A DNA stretch of 64,000 nt, from contig NMRA01000208.1 of the NCBI GenBank assembly GCA_002633005.1, positions 344,956 to 408,955 of the forward strand, in the 5' to 3' direction. This document shows positions 1-13,100 of this stretch, in pieces. The stretch's first letter is position 1. Each line of letters opens with the position of its first letter. The notes under the pieces were generated by a model. The model was not told the DNA's origin. It saw only the letters and a program-made list of their open reading frames with translations, and made no database searches. The stretch comes from Phoronis australis (taxonomy: Eukaryota; Animalia; Phoronida). A program made the translations under genes and the position numbers.

Positions 1-532
1 TTTCATCAACAGGCAATTTGTCACTAACTATTGAAACCACAACATTTCCCGTTTTAAAGCCACATACAGTGCAGTTGTGCTTATTCTTTACAAAGCTGAA
101 ATGATTACCGATTACGCTTGCAAATTGTCATTTTCCTGTTGACCTCTAGAAATGTGCAGCGATCAAAATGATGTATTCCCTTAGTTTACATCTGATTTGT
201 TTGTGGGTGTAATTATTTTTAGAGCTTTCTTAAGAAGGCCTTTGAACAATTTTAAGTTTTGTGTTAACTTGTCCACAACAAAAGTTCCACATGCAAGAAA
301 AGTAAGTTTTCAATTGTAGCTAGCTGGATAAGAATCTGCTATGCACAAGATTCGAGAATAAACAATTATCAGTGTATTTAAAAAATAAATGGCGAACTGA
401 ACAACCACATACATACAAAGAAAAAACATTGTTAAAAATAATTGTAATTTTCCCATGCAACGGAGTCCATAATCAGGCCTGAATTTCTAAATTAGATTCA
501 ATTCTCTCAGGTTATTGCTGAAGGATTGCTTT

Positions 533-1414
533 TCACTTTGTCCAAAGGTAAAATAGACAGTCAGCTGGCTGGTTTGGTTTCAGTCGTTTTCTCTCACCTG
601 TAACAGAATAGTCACAGAAATATTAGCAAATTATAAAAAAACACAAGACAAAACTACTTTAATAAGGCAGAACATACTTGACGTTTCATCTTCATGTTTA
701 TATGTTGAAAGTAATAATCTTTGTACCCAAGTCTTATTTAAGATCTGATTTAAAATATGTAATACAGGCTAAAAATGATTTAACAATGTATATTTTTATG
801 ACACCTAAAATGTGCTTCTGACCTCAAGTAAAATTCATTCTAGGTGTCAGTTTTTATTCCAATGCAATGTTACGACGTTTACTAAATAGCTTATTCAGGT
901 TAATTCGGTAACTAATTTGGTAGTCCTAGGGGTGGGGTCCGCTATAAAATAAAGAAACTCACTCATCTAGAGAATTGTATTGGACATAGCATAGCATTGA
1001 AGAGAAACTGCTGTGGAAAAGTCACCCATGACTTCTTCACATACCATACACCTCTTATATTGAGCGCATTCCCACCAAGGACAATAGCTACACTCAATAA
1101 ACCCGTTATTCAGTGGGGTAACTGGTGGGGATAACATCGAACAATGTCGATAGAAACTTGATTGCTAAAAACTTACCAAGTAACGTTATGTAGTCTCCCA
1201 ATGGGGCTTCGGCATCCACACACTTTTTCTCAGTTGGTTGACCCTTTTGACCGCAATTCTCCACGAATGTAGTAACCTTAGGTCTTTTGGGAATTTTGAC
1301 CACCTGTCGAAGACTTGCACCAGGGAAAATAGCAAAAATAAGGCTTAGCGCGACGACGTACTTTGATAACAATCCGTCTTTTTACCAGCCGTTTACATGC
1401 AGACAGCGACGCAT
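533..1414 (-). pseudogene. Possible small spliced gene or pseudogene (exon 1414 or 1303..1177 joined to exon 597..533), product unknown
   Basis: Donor G|GTAAGT after 1177 and acceptor ttctgttacag before 597 join in frame: ...DYITLL-G-ERKRLKPNQPADCLFYLWTK*. The upstream frame has a signal-like hydrophobic stretch (YVVALSLIFAIFPGA) and an in-frame ATG at 1414, but TAA at 1382-1384 interrupts it. No recognisable family. Confidence 0.3.
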
Positions 1415-2018
1415 GGGCAATTCAATCACCACTAGTACAGCAGCGACACCGTGAAGATAATTCTCCAAATAGCCCCATTGGGTGTTGAATTTTAAGTTGT
1501 GCATTGAACACTGCCCTAAAATGGGGAATACCTAAACTATCTAAACAGTGGCGAAAGTAGTCAGAGCCAAAAGCCAAAGACCAGTTTGGCCATATAATAA
1601 AAAAACATGACATCCATAACAAGACGTGTGCACTCTGAGGATGTAGATTAAAGATAGAGGATATCAACTTTATTTTGAAAGTGAAGTACGTAACACTTCA
1701 AAACAAGCAAATCATGGATCGGTGTCTCTAGTTCAAGAGTTCAGCATCTTTTTAAACCAGTCAACCAAAGACCTAATGCTTGAAGGTGACGTGAATTATG
1801 AACACTAAGTCGTTTACTCAAATAGAAGTCTTGTACAGTACATTTTTAATTTTCTTAAACAGAGAGCCTCCTTCCTTGTGAAACAAACCTCATTCAATTT
1901 TATTTGCTGTATTTTGAAATGAGTAACTTCTTGTGGGGATGTGCTATCACCCCTGTATGCCTGCGGCATTCAGGGTGACGTAATTGCCTAGCTCAGTAGA
2001 TACTACCAGTGCTAGAGT

Positions 2019-2540
2019 CAGGGCTTGGAATGACCAATGACAAAAAACGCGGAAACTTTTATGGCCCAAATCATGCCCGATAACCAGCCTTTGAAATGGT
2101 CAATGTGAACCTTTCCGCGACAAAAATCGGGAGGACTAAAAAATAAAAAAAAATAAAAAATAAAAAAAAACGTTACCACCATCAGTAGCATGCGTCTGCG
2201 TCCTTTTCGCTCGACCGTCCACTCCCAAACCACACAATTTTGGCTACAGAGCGGTAGTATTTGTCGCCGCGCTTAACAATAACACGAGCCGCCATTGAAA
2301 ATCACACCACGCTTTACCCAGATGCCCCGGCAATGTTGACAATTTACGTTCCTCCGAAACATAAAGAGCAACTTCCGCTTTCCGAGGTGAACGTCGTCTG
2401 CAACGCCGCGGTAAGAAAGGAATTTGCCGCGGAAATTTCATATCAAATCCGCTTTTTTACGCGGAAATATTATAAAAAAAGCGGAAAGCACATTTCAAAA
2501 AAGCGGAAATCCGCGTTTCTGCGGAAAATTCCAAGCCCTG
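2019..2540. mobile_element. Non-autonomous hAT-like DNA transposon (MITE) with 6-bp TSD
   Basis: TIRs CAGGGCTTGGAAT...ATTCCAAGCCCTG, flanked by an exact TAGAGT duplication. Many subterminal CGCGG/GCGGAAA motifs. Confidence 0.85.
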
Positions 2541-2584
2541 TAGAGTCCCTGGTCACAACATTCATTGTCGTAATAGCCGAGATT

Positions 2585-2645
2585 GCCCGATCTCGGGAAT
2601 CGAACCAGTGACCCCGATTTAACCAGCGAGCATGCTAACTATTCA
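2585..2645 (-). mobile_element. tRNA-derived SINE head (remnant)
   Basis: Minus strand reads tagttagcatgctcgc...GGTTCGATTCCC (pol III B box). No complete cloverleaf. Confidence 0.45.
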
Positions 2646-2707
2646 GGTAATAGCTGCAATTTCCTGTTAGCGAGTGACTAAGTAACAGAGGCTCATATGA
2701 TTCACTA

Positions 2708-2921
2708 GGCAATGACCATCGCCTCTGTTGGCCCGAACCAGAGGCGATGCAGCTCCTATAGGCGCTCTGTACGCCGGAAGCTTTTCGGTGAATTATGCCT
2801 CGCACCGACTAAACCATCAAAGTCACGTTGTTATAAATAACTTTTGCGCATAGAGGAACACCTTAGCCTATAGGAGCTGCATCGCCACTGGTTCGGGCCA
2901 ACAGAGGCGATGGTCATTGCC
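2708..2921. mobile_element. MITE with ~55-bp near-perfect TIRs, flanked by TA
   Basis: GGCAATGACCATCGCCTCTGTTGGCCCGAACCAG...GCAGCTCCTATAGGC at the left, with its reverse complement at about 2866-2921. TA on both sides. Confidence 0.85.
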
Positions 2922-3656
2922 TAATGGCAGTAATGATTCACCAGAACAGAGGCACATTTCAAAACAAAAGAATGGTAACCTGTTCCTAACACCACTGCAT
3001 CGTATTCGGTCGGGAAATCGTCATCTGCCATGGTCTCTATCGCCGCCCAAGGTGCACGGCAGCCTTTCAAACCTGATCAAACAAAATTAATTGCTTTGAT
3101 CGGCGACTTGCTGTCCAGTTTTGTTTGTCCCAGATGAGTGACACAGCCACAGGCTGAGAGATACACAACACTTCCTGGTTATTCATAAATACACATACGA
3201 ACACATTTGGTTTTTATTATTTTTTGTATTTTAAAACATTTTCTGTGCTTTATATATCACCTGTTATGTTTTTTCTATTAAATAACAAATCATAACGTTT
3301 AATCAATTTTTTTAAGCAACAGTTAAAAACAATTGTTCAGAAAACACGCGAACGTACTGTAGTATTACAACAGTACTTCCGGGGGCTGACCAACAACTCA
3401 GCTGACAGCAGCTCAGTCATATACACAGGCCCTGGCAATTTTTTTTCTTAGAGTAGCCAAAAGCGAGATGTTACACTGACTGTTGTAAGTTAATTGTCAT
3501 TAAAGTATAATGCAGATTCTTCTTCATTTCCTGTGTATTTTGATTAATGCAGGAAGCACCTGCTTGAATTGGATGTGGGAATGTGGGATGCAATGTCAGG
3601 TCTGTAAATTCTTATACAGTCAGGTGACGTGTCTAGATCAGACCGGCAGGTAGTGG

Positions 3657-4733
3657 TGTTGCAGCCCTAACTGATGCCTGTGCCAAGCTGATTTGGCGGT
3701 CTTCAGTTTGGTGTGGGTTGGGAGGCCAAACTGATGCCAGGGCCAAACTGATGCCAGGACCAAACTGAAGGTACCGTAAGTTCGCAGGTTACTGCCAGTG
3801 GTATACGAATTGAAACTGGTGATAATGAGTGCGGGTTATGTATATTATTATCTCAGGATAATTCTAAAACAGCATTAATGGTGCAATATTGATTGCATTT
3901 GACAGGTAATAGTTGGATATAACATAAGCTCTTTGATAGCCGTAGGGCATCAGTTTGGCGTACTCGGTACTAAAATGCTCTGTTTTAAATCAACTGTATC
4001 GAAATGTCTACAATTACAAAGAAACATATGTTTGAGGCTGAATAATGTTAATTACTTTAAAATATGACTAAACAAAGTTAATACTATTTCTAACGATTGT
4101 TTTACCTAATTGGTATATGTTTTGATAGCTTTCAGCATCAGTTTGATGAAGAACTCGCTAATACTCGTGCATTGTTTTCAAACAGCTAGATTAGACCCAA
4201 CTTTTGCAACTGCCAAAAACATCTCTCTGGTTCTTATATTAATGTTAATCACTGTAATAAAGACTTAAACCTTTAATTCGGTTTTGGACGTTCGTTCCTC
4301 TGAGTCGTTGGGAGTCAATTTAGCTCACGACGAGTCCATGCACCACCTTTTAAAATAAATAACAACCCTTGCAAAGTTCCAAAAGAAATCTTTCGGTTGT
4401 TAAATTGTGTTCATAATGTAATGAACTAAAGTGTTTACTCCACTTAATTTATTCGATTTAAATACTACCATTTTAGCCCAGCCTGACTTGCTGAAGGTGT
4501 TCCTAGTATGTCAAATGGATCACAAGGGGTCCTGAGATACTATTACGCACCACCCTGCACTCATTGTTGTGAATTTCTGTTCTGAAAGCCGTCTGAAAAA
4601 ATAAACTACTGGCAGTAATTTGGGAACTTACGGTAGCTTCAGTTTGGTGGAGGCATCAGTTTAGCTCCCTAACCCGCATCAAACTGAAGCACGCGAAATC
4701 AGTTTCGCGCAGACATCAGTTCGGGCTGCAACA
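3657..4733. mobile_element. Non-autonomous DNA transposon with ~130-150-bp imperfect TIRs and TGT...ACA termini (Ginger-like ends)
   Basis: TGTTGCAGCCCTAACTGATG... matches the reverse complement of ...CATCAGTTCGGGCTGCAACA. AAACTGATGCC/CAGTTT motifs are iterated in both ends. No clear TSD seen. Confidence 0.75.
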
Positions 4734-6075
4734 ATAGTACGACATTGTCTTAGTGGGTCACATTAGTTTGTAAGTGGAATGTCTGCCACTTTTTCTATTT
4801 GATTTTTTAGGGATGGTACTTTAATTTGCGTGATTTTGTCGCTTACCTCAGCTTGTTATGTGAATTAGTGATTGGTTGGAACTGCTAACTGCATTTCAAA
4901 TTTCACTAAGCACGTAAATCCACAGTTGGGATCTGCATTTATTAATATGCCAGACTCCATTGAGGGGTAAAATTTATTTGAAATTAATCTGAGGCAAATA
5001 CAACAATGAAACATTAACTCAGGAGCTAATTGGCCATTACAGATTAAAATCTAAATCTAAACGTGTTGAATAACAATATTTGTAAGTACTAATATTGTCT
5101 AGTCTCTAGCTAATTTGTCACAAATTGCCGTACTAGTAAGTACTTCATATTAGCACATGTAACCTTGGATAACTCGTCACCGTCAAGTTTGCGAAAAAAG
5201 GATTTTGACATCTGAAATGCGATCTTTATACATTGTACTGGCATAGTGGTAGTGGCCGGGGAGATCAATTTCCACATTGATTTCTGGTAAGACTGTGTAG
5301 TTTCATAAGTTCAGATAGGTTGTTTTCGTCATGATTTGTGTGTCAAATATAATTTCATTGCATGGCCAAATGATCTTTGCCATGACTATCAGTAAAATTC
5401 GAACAAGATTTCTTGTGTCCGTTGAAGATAACTTGTGCGAAAAATTTTGGATTCTGGTTTTGAGCGACGAATTTGCGAAAACAAGTTGACTTAAAAGTAA
5501 ACGTAACTGCAAACTTTTACATATAAATGGATGGGCGTGTAATCAGGACCAAGGCACATGTAGACCGAGTTATGCAATTATGAATTAAGCAATAACAATT
5601 ATCTAATCCAAACAAACAATATAATCTTATCACTTGTATCTAGGAATATGAATAATTTATCGGATCAAATACACGTGACTACAGGGATATTCCTGTGACC
5701 AGATTTGAACCTGTATCTTTTGGCACACCTGATGATAAAAGGTGTGCCTTTTTCAAAATAGTTGTGCCCAGCAGATTAAAATCGAGACATATGAAACAGA
5801 AATCTCAAGGGCAAAAGATAAGAAAACGGTCATGTTTCTGACTGGCGTTAAGTTGACTTGAACCTTGCTGCAATGTACTTGCTCCTTTTTATTTTCCATG
5901 CACTTATGGCCCAAAGGTGCAGTCCAGGAATATCCCTGTCACTCTACTTGTGGAGCCAAGTGTGGAATGGGAGAATATACATGTTAAGCAAACTCTGCTT
6001 TTTGTTTAGACTTCAAATTTTGCTACTTGGATTTAAAAACTACTGAGCCGCCAAAAACCTTCCTCGAGGCATTGT

Positions 6076-6173
6076 GTGCTGCGGTGAATGATGTATTGAT
6101 GCACAGGAATGGTGTAGTGCAAGTGCTGCGGTGAATGATGTATTGATGCACGGGAATGGTGTAGTGCAAGTGC
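6076..6173. repeat. 47-bp tandem duplication (2 copies)
   Basis: gtgctgcggtgaatgatgtattgatgcac(a/g)ggaatggtgtagtgcaa at 6076 and 6123. Confidence 0.9.
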
Positions 6174-7017
6174 CACAAGAAAAAAATGTTTGTTAAGTTC
6201 GTTACATACTGGTATTCAATAATTAGTTGAGGATAAAATGAAAAACCTCAAACACTTGTTCTTGATGCAGACTGGCATTATCGGGTGTTTCTATCACAGA
6301 TCTATGTCTCTACACTAACTTACTGCACTAGAACAGTAAGTTGACTTGTTTTTGAATCAGCATAGTCATGTCTTATTGGTCACGGATGCCCTAAGAAATT
6401 GGGAAACCCATTTTGGTCGCCCTATTTAGAAGTTCTGGATGAATCTCTGTGATTCAACAGTGTAGCCACTACACCACATGTACTCATGGTCAGTACCTTT
6501 ATGATATTTATTAAATAAATCAATATTTAAGCACTTAATGATTTGATTAATGTTTTGGTATGGGATCTTTTCTTTTTTTTTTCTCTACCAAATTAGTTTA
6601 ATGCTAATTCTACAGAAGCTAGGCACCATGTTGCCCTCTCTGGTAGTAACCCCCCCCCCGGATGTGGTGTGATTGTGCCGTCATCACAATCACTAACTAG
6701 ATTCATGGGAGTTTGAATTCTGTCTTGGTTTTCTATATTATCTTGTCATTTTTATTTTGTGTGCTTTTATTTTTTCATGAACTCATACCGTTCTCTCACA
6801 CCTTTCACACCACCTCAAACAGTTGACTCTCTGCTTTTAAATCTGCATATTTACTGCAAAAGTTTAATTTTCTATGTCAATAGTCCAAAACTAAAGTTAA
6901 CCTTTCACACCGACTGCAAACTCTCCCCAAAACATTTACATGTCACCATTAGTGTGAAAGGCATCAGGACTGCATCTTGCTTAATGGTTCTTTTCTTCTC
7001 TTTGTTATCAGACGATC

Positions 7018-7199
7018 ATGGCACAGAAGCATGATGAGAATGTGCCCCTCATCTTGCCTCCCCTGGAAGAATCTGACCAGCTTGTGTCTCAGTCTAATAA
7101 CACACTCATAGAGACATTACCGTACAGCCCGTCTGTACACGAGAGTCCTACGTTGTCAGGTGGGCCTGGAAGAAGAAACGACAATCCCCATTCCACAAG
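7018..7199 (+). CDS. SLC36A1: SLC36 coding exon 1 (cytosolic N-terminal tail)
   Basis: Acceptor ttgttatcag ends at 7011, ATG at 7018, donor AG|GTGAGT at 7200. Confidence 0.8.
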
Positions 7200-10100
7200 G
7201 TGAGTTATCATTGTTACCTGGAATCCTGAGGTCTCACAGACATTACATAATCAGTCCTCAGTCGAAAGGTGGGCACATACTAATTCATTTTGACCAAGTT
7301 ACTCTCATGGTCTAGTCATCAAGTGGCTGAGGATCTCATATTGAGCAAATAATTCCTCCACTGGGGCTAATTTTCTGCAAAAGCACTTCATTTCCACTAG
7401 ACTTGGTGCTTCGGAGATATATAAATGAGGCTGTGAATTGTTGATAAAAATCCCACAAAAGAACAGAAAACATAGAAAATCTCTAACTAAGCAAATCATA
7501 CTTCTTTGAAGCTAAATGTACCGCCGTCAAAACTTTTAAATTATCAAGTCACCTTGACAGTTTCATGATGTCATCAGTTGAAACGAGCTTTAACCCCCTG
7601 AAGACCCATCTTTGAACACCATTGGTTTGTTTTTTTTAGATGGTCCCTAGTAGCCTTTGTTTAGTGGCTTTATCACTGCGAACTGGCATTCTTAGTTACC
7701 ATGACAACACAATGGCTTCAAGTACTTTAACCTGAAAATAACTGCCTGTATTTTTTGAGTTTGAAGTGGTTCTGAGTAGGAGTTAAAACTGTTACATGAC
7801 ATCATTCTTACTTCCAATTGTTTTAGAACGTCTTTTATGCAACTTCAGTGAAGGATTAAGAAACAAATTATTGAATTGAGCTGTTCTGACAATTGTATGA
7901 CGCTTGAATCACAATCATGCTAACATCGAGTTAGCCTCCATTGTTGTTTGCTGAATGTGTGACAACAACTTGTCATGTGCTCAAACACTGTTTCCAGTTC
8001 ATGTCACTGACATTTATCGAGGTACGGTTTACACAATAAAAATTTAAGGTATATGTTATAGTGGTATTTTGAATGGATTATTCCATTTTGCCAATAAAAC
8101 TTGACAATAGGTATGTTAAGTAAGTTGTTAAAACTGTCAATCAGGGCTGGGTTGCATAAATCTTCAAATTTATCTGCGGTATGAGTTTGATTGTTGTATG
8201 ACATCAGGTGCATTGTTCAACAATAACAACGTGGCAGATGATAATGCGACCTCATTGTTGCTATGCAGCGTATAACTTTATGCAACTGGGCCCAGATGTT
8301 GTTATTAGTTATTTCAGTCTGTTGTCTTGACTTGTTTATTGAATGTGTAATAATATCATATGGCAGTTGAAGAATGCATTACAACCACTGTAGTCTAATC
8401 TGGCCTTGGATTGTCAATTTCTTTGCCCACATGTTAATACATTCCAAATGGTTTTCCCATCAGACTATTGGTGAAAGTATGTCTTATTTTGAATGACGGT
8501 TTCGCTGCTTACTACCACCCTCTGTAGTCAATGCTCAGTAGCCTGGTAGTACGGTAGACTCACTAGATCTATAACCATGGAGACACCATGACTTCAATTC
8601 CCCGTCCACATGGACTGTTGTTCTCAGTACTTTTTGTGGAATTCTCTATGAAGCCTCTCCTTTACTCATTTACACTGTTTGCATTAGATCTAGTGTGAAC
8701 AAAACTTTGTGACTGGCAAAGTGTGGATGGTTCTTTTATAACGCATGTATTTAAATAGCATGAACACGGTTTTGAATTATGTGATTTGCAAACGTAATAT
8801 GAATGCTGACGTATCTATACTAAACCTGTGTAATAATGTTGAGTTTCATTTCAGTAATGTCCAAGCAATGATGAACCTACTGAAGGGAAATATTGGCACT
8901 GGCATACTTGCTATGCCTGTTGCAGTGAAGAACGCTGGGCTCCTGGTGAGGGCGCTAGCTGTTATTACATCCACAAGTATACTCGGTCTATGATTGTAGT
9001 TTTGGTTTGCGATAGGGGTTCAACTCGGCGTTTCAGTCTTTTAATGAACCAAGGTAGCTTTTTTAATTAAAACATAATGATAAAGGATATGGACTGAATG
9101 AACTTCATATATTGTTTCAACAGTATGATCTGCCGCTGCCGCTAAGTGGATTTATTCCAGTTTGAACGGCTTGACTTAGTTAGTTTCATGTGGGTCTTTA
9201 AGAAAATGTGTTACCAAAAGTAAAAACTCTTCAATTTGGGACAGTGAAAATTTAATTATTTTGCCCAAGGTCAGAGCTTGTCCCAAATTCTAGAACCAGG
9301 TGGCATTGGCCATCCCAAATTTCAAGAATCACTCTATAGATCGAATGCCTGAATACAGAAAATTCAATTTTTTGGGAGTTTCCGTGTCCCAAATTCTAGA
9401 GACTAACCACCCAAATTAGAGAATTTTTACCTTACCTTATCAGCAAGTTTGTGCATTTAGCCAACTGTCTACAGAACTACAGAATAACAGTTTTTTAAAA
9501 CTTTATTTTCTGGCCAAAGTAGAACTCCAGTAGAATTTTCTTTGGGCTTTTTGGCAACCTGCCATTTACTGGGTCACATGACCATCTCTGTTTAATAAAA
9601 TTATGGCTGCTGTTTACCTGCTGATTTGGACCCCATACCTTGATGGGAGTGGCCCGAAGTTGGTCCTTAGTCACAATAGTTGTAATTTGTGGGCTTGCAA
9701 GGAACTGACATATCATTATGAGATTAAGCTCTACAATTATATGAGTTGTTATGGCATCTCATTTTATTCGCCAATTAAGGTCCCAACCGATATTGAATAG
9801 TGGTTGGAAATAATTGAAAGTTTTTGACATCCAGCTACTGCCGTGTGTAATTTTTGCCTTTTTGTGTCTGCTTCTGTCAGTCTGTGTAAGCACCGAGTTC
9901 ATGACGCTTGACTGATGTGTTAACTATAAAAAAGAATACGACAACACAAATAATGCATTTCCATTAGGTTCAAGCACGTTTTGAACTCTCTTGTGACAAT
10001 TTTAGTATTTTCATATTTCATTTTTGGCATCCGCTTTTCTGTCTGCCAAACGGTTTGAAACCCGACTCGTGTTGGCATTTGGACAGTTTTGACTTTTACT

Positions 10101-13100
10101 CTGCCCTGTAGTGACAACTTCATGTTTTTGTATTTGGTGAAGGATTTATATGAAACTTGATAGATAAGATTTTATCCTGAAGAGAAAAGCAATGCTTGTT
10201 TTTGGAAAGTTCCGACTTGTGATGTGCCCCATCATAATGGCAGTTATGTTTAAATTAATTATTCACTTTTACTATCAGCTTCTCCATCTGCCAAACATCA
10301 AGCCAAATGAGTTTCTATTAAGATTATCATTACTGGCATCAATTACCAAATGGGTGTGACTCGTGCGCTTACCCTAGTGGTTATTTTTGTTTCAGTTTTA
10401 CTTGCGACAATCTCAATATCCATCAGGATTACATTCCAGATGACTGCGTGCAGTAGTCTCAATAACGCTCACTCTTGAAAAAATCAACCCCCTTTTAAAT
10501 TTCTGCCATTTGTTGTGCAGATGGTGGGTACATAGCAACACTCTAAGTTGGTTTTGTTATATATGGCAATATGTAATTGTGTTTTGCTTGTTTATTTAGG
10601 TTGGTGGTGTTGGTGTGATAATTATTGGCACAATCGCTGTACATTGTATGCATATATTGGTGAAGTGTAGCCATGATCTCTGTCACAGGTAATGATTATA
10701 TAGAACTCAATAAAATCTGGTCTTGTCTCTAAAGTCAATCCTGTAAACTAAAGCTGATAATTATATTTTATTAGTTCGTTAAAGGTTTATTGAGGGCTGT
10801 TTAGGTGACATGACAGTGGCAAGTGTCGAGTGTTTTGATGTATTTTTCACAAATAAGTCACATTCTTTTTTTTCTGTAGCTATTCTGTGGTTGGAATAGA
10901 GCTCGAGGTATAGTTACTTTTGGACTAACGTAGCCTGCTTCATTCTTATTACATCTTAAAATATGGTGGGTTATTTTTTACCGACCACTGTTACAGGTAC
11001 TCAGTTAAAAGCCCCCAGGGCTCCGTTTCATTTTACTCTTAACTTGAGACCGAAATAACAATGCTGTCATTCCATCCGACGTCATGTTGCGCTTGTTGAA
11101 CAATGCTCTTGTCGTTAATCGAGCTTGAGACTTAAACTCATGAAACGGAGCCCTAGTCCACTGTTTTTACCACTTTTTACATTGTGCAACTTTAATCTGC
11201 TGCTTAATAACTATGACAAGTAACAGTTTTCGTTCTTGTAAGTGTCCATCTTTTGCTGCACAATTCAGTCCTTGTCTCATGCTTAGTATGAGCTTTAGTT
11301 GTCACTGTCATGTATTGAATTTCTACCAGATGTTTATAGTTCCTGTAGCACTTAAATGTATGACTCTTAATCACATGTTACTATGACGTATATCCTTAGC
11401 GTGTATAAATAGTTTTCTTGCATGTGTTTGAGTCACTTGGATGTCGTTTTCTTTAATGCTGAATACTTTGATAATATAACTCTTATATCATTCAATTGGT
11501 TTTTATACGTCGTACACCGACGACGTTACAGTCACTGCAGTATTTCCTTACTGCATTTGCATAAAAATTGTCATTTTCATGATTAAATTAAGTTTTGCAC
11601 AATACCCCAATTTTGAGGAAGAACAATGTATTGTAATGTTTTTGTTTTTAAATTCTTGTAGTTTAATAATTTCAGTTGTTATCATTTAGAAACAATATCG
11701 GCCAGTTATCATTAAAGCCTACTCTAAGTTTAAATTTTGTTTTCTTTCTTGTAGAACTGGTAATACAGCACTTAACTATGGTCAGGCTGTTGAAGAAGCC
11801 TTCTGTCTCGGTCCCACCCCACTGAGACGCTGCTCAAAGCTGGCCCATCAGTGTGTCAACTTGTTCCTCAATATAACACAGATGGGCTTCTGTTGTGTTT
11901 ATGTCTTATTTATTGCGGAGAACATCAAACAGGTTGGAATTTCATTTCAAGTACATTAAAAGCCAGAAGTATTCAGACAGAATGACATGGATGTCCCTGT
12001 CTTGGTAGCTGGGCTGAAACTGAGTTCATTGTCAGTTTAGTTTTCTCTCACAACAGAGAATGAGCCATTCTGCAAATAGAATTTTGCCATTCCGATAATT
12101 GTTACTAGTCATTTTTCTTTTAACAAAATTTGCCGTCATGATGGGGAAAGATCATTTTGTCTAATTACTGTCTTGCACTGCATGTGTCTCTTTTGTTGAA
12201 ACATTTTATGGCTCACATGTTCTTTTTGTAACTGTAACTGCAAATATTGAGGCATATGTGTCTATATGTGACACTGCATCTACATCCAGAGTAAGGCACG
12301 TACACTTGCATAAAATGCCCAACATGGAGATTTTTAAAATGACATGTGAATGAAGCTTGGCTTATCCTTATAGAATATTGGATGTTGACGCGTTAACGCT
12401 TTGACATTAATTAGTTAATATGTGAAAAATACTAAGAATGAATTAAGGCATAAAGGCACACAAAATATTCAGTTTAAAACAATGCTCATATATTTTGGTA
12501 GGTGCCCGAATCTATAAATCCAGAGCACAGATAGTTTTTGAAAAATGCAGTGTCAGTCTCACGGTCTTTAACACAAGTTTTAAGATTATGTAACATGTCA
12601 TGTTCTCAACTCTACAAATTAAAAGAGTTTGTTTCGTAAAAGTTTATGGTTTTATTCTATGTTGCACTCAAAAGGACATCCCTATTTTGAGGGATACGAT
12701 TTAAATACAAACTGTAATTCCATTAGTATTTTGACTATGTTTTAATACTGTAACAACAGAATTAGGAACTATTGTTTAATACTAGAAAAATACCATTAAA
12801 TATACAACTTGCATAAAAACTTCAGTTGCATTGTTCTCTCTATATATAGTCAACCGTGGTGCTGCATTAGGTATGAAATTGTTTGCACCATGTTGAGCCA
12901 CGTTTAAAAATCCCTGAGCCATGTTTAAAATCTTCAGCCATGTTTGAACAGCCAGAGTTACAAGACAAATGATTGGAATACAGTTGTGTATTGCTCCGTA
13001 TTTTAATATATTGCGATGAAAATGATTGCGACATGTCCAGCAACTGAAAATAACGTGCGACTAAATGTCAGTTGTTTTTCTGAATTAACAGAAAGAAAAT

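Noticed and set aside
963-1087. Selenoprotein exon ending in TGA at a splice donor
   Set aside because: Weak acceptor, no selenoprotein-family similarity, no SECIS identified.
2261-2611. 116-aa Lys/Arg-rich ORF
   Set aside because: Lies in the MITE subterminal repeats, runs through the TIR, and lacks an ATG start.
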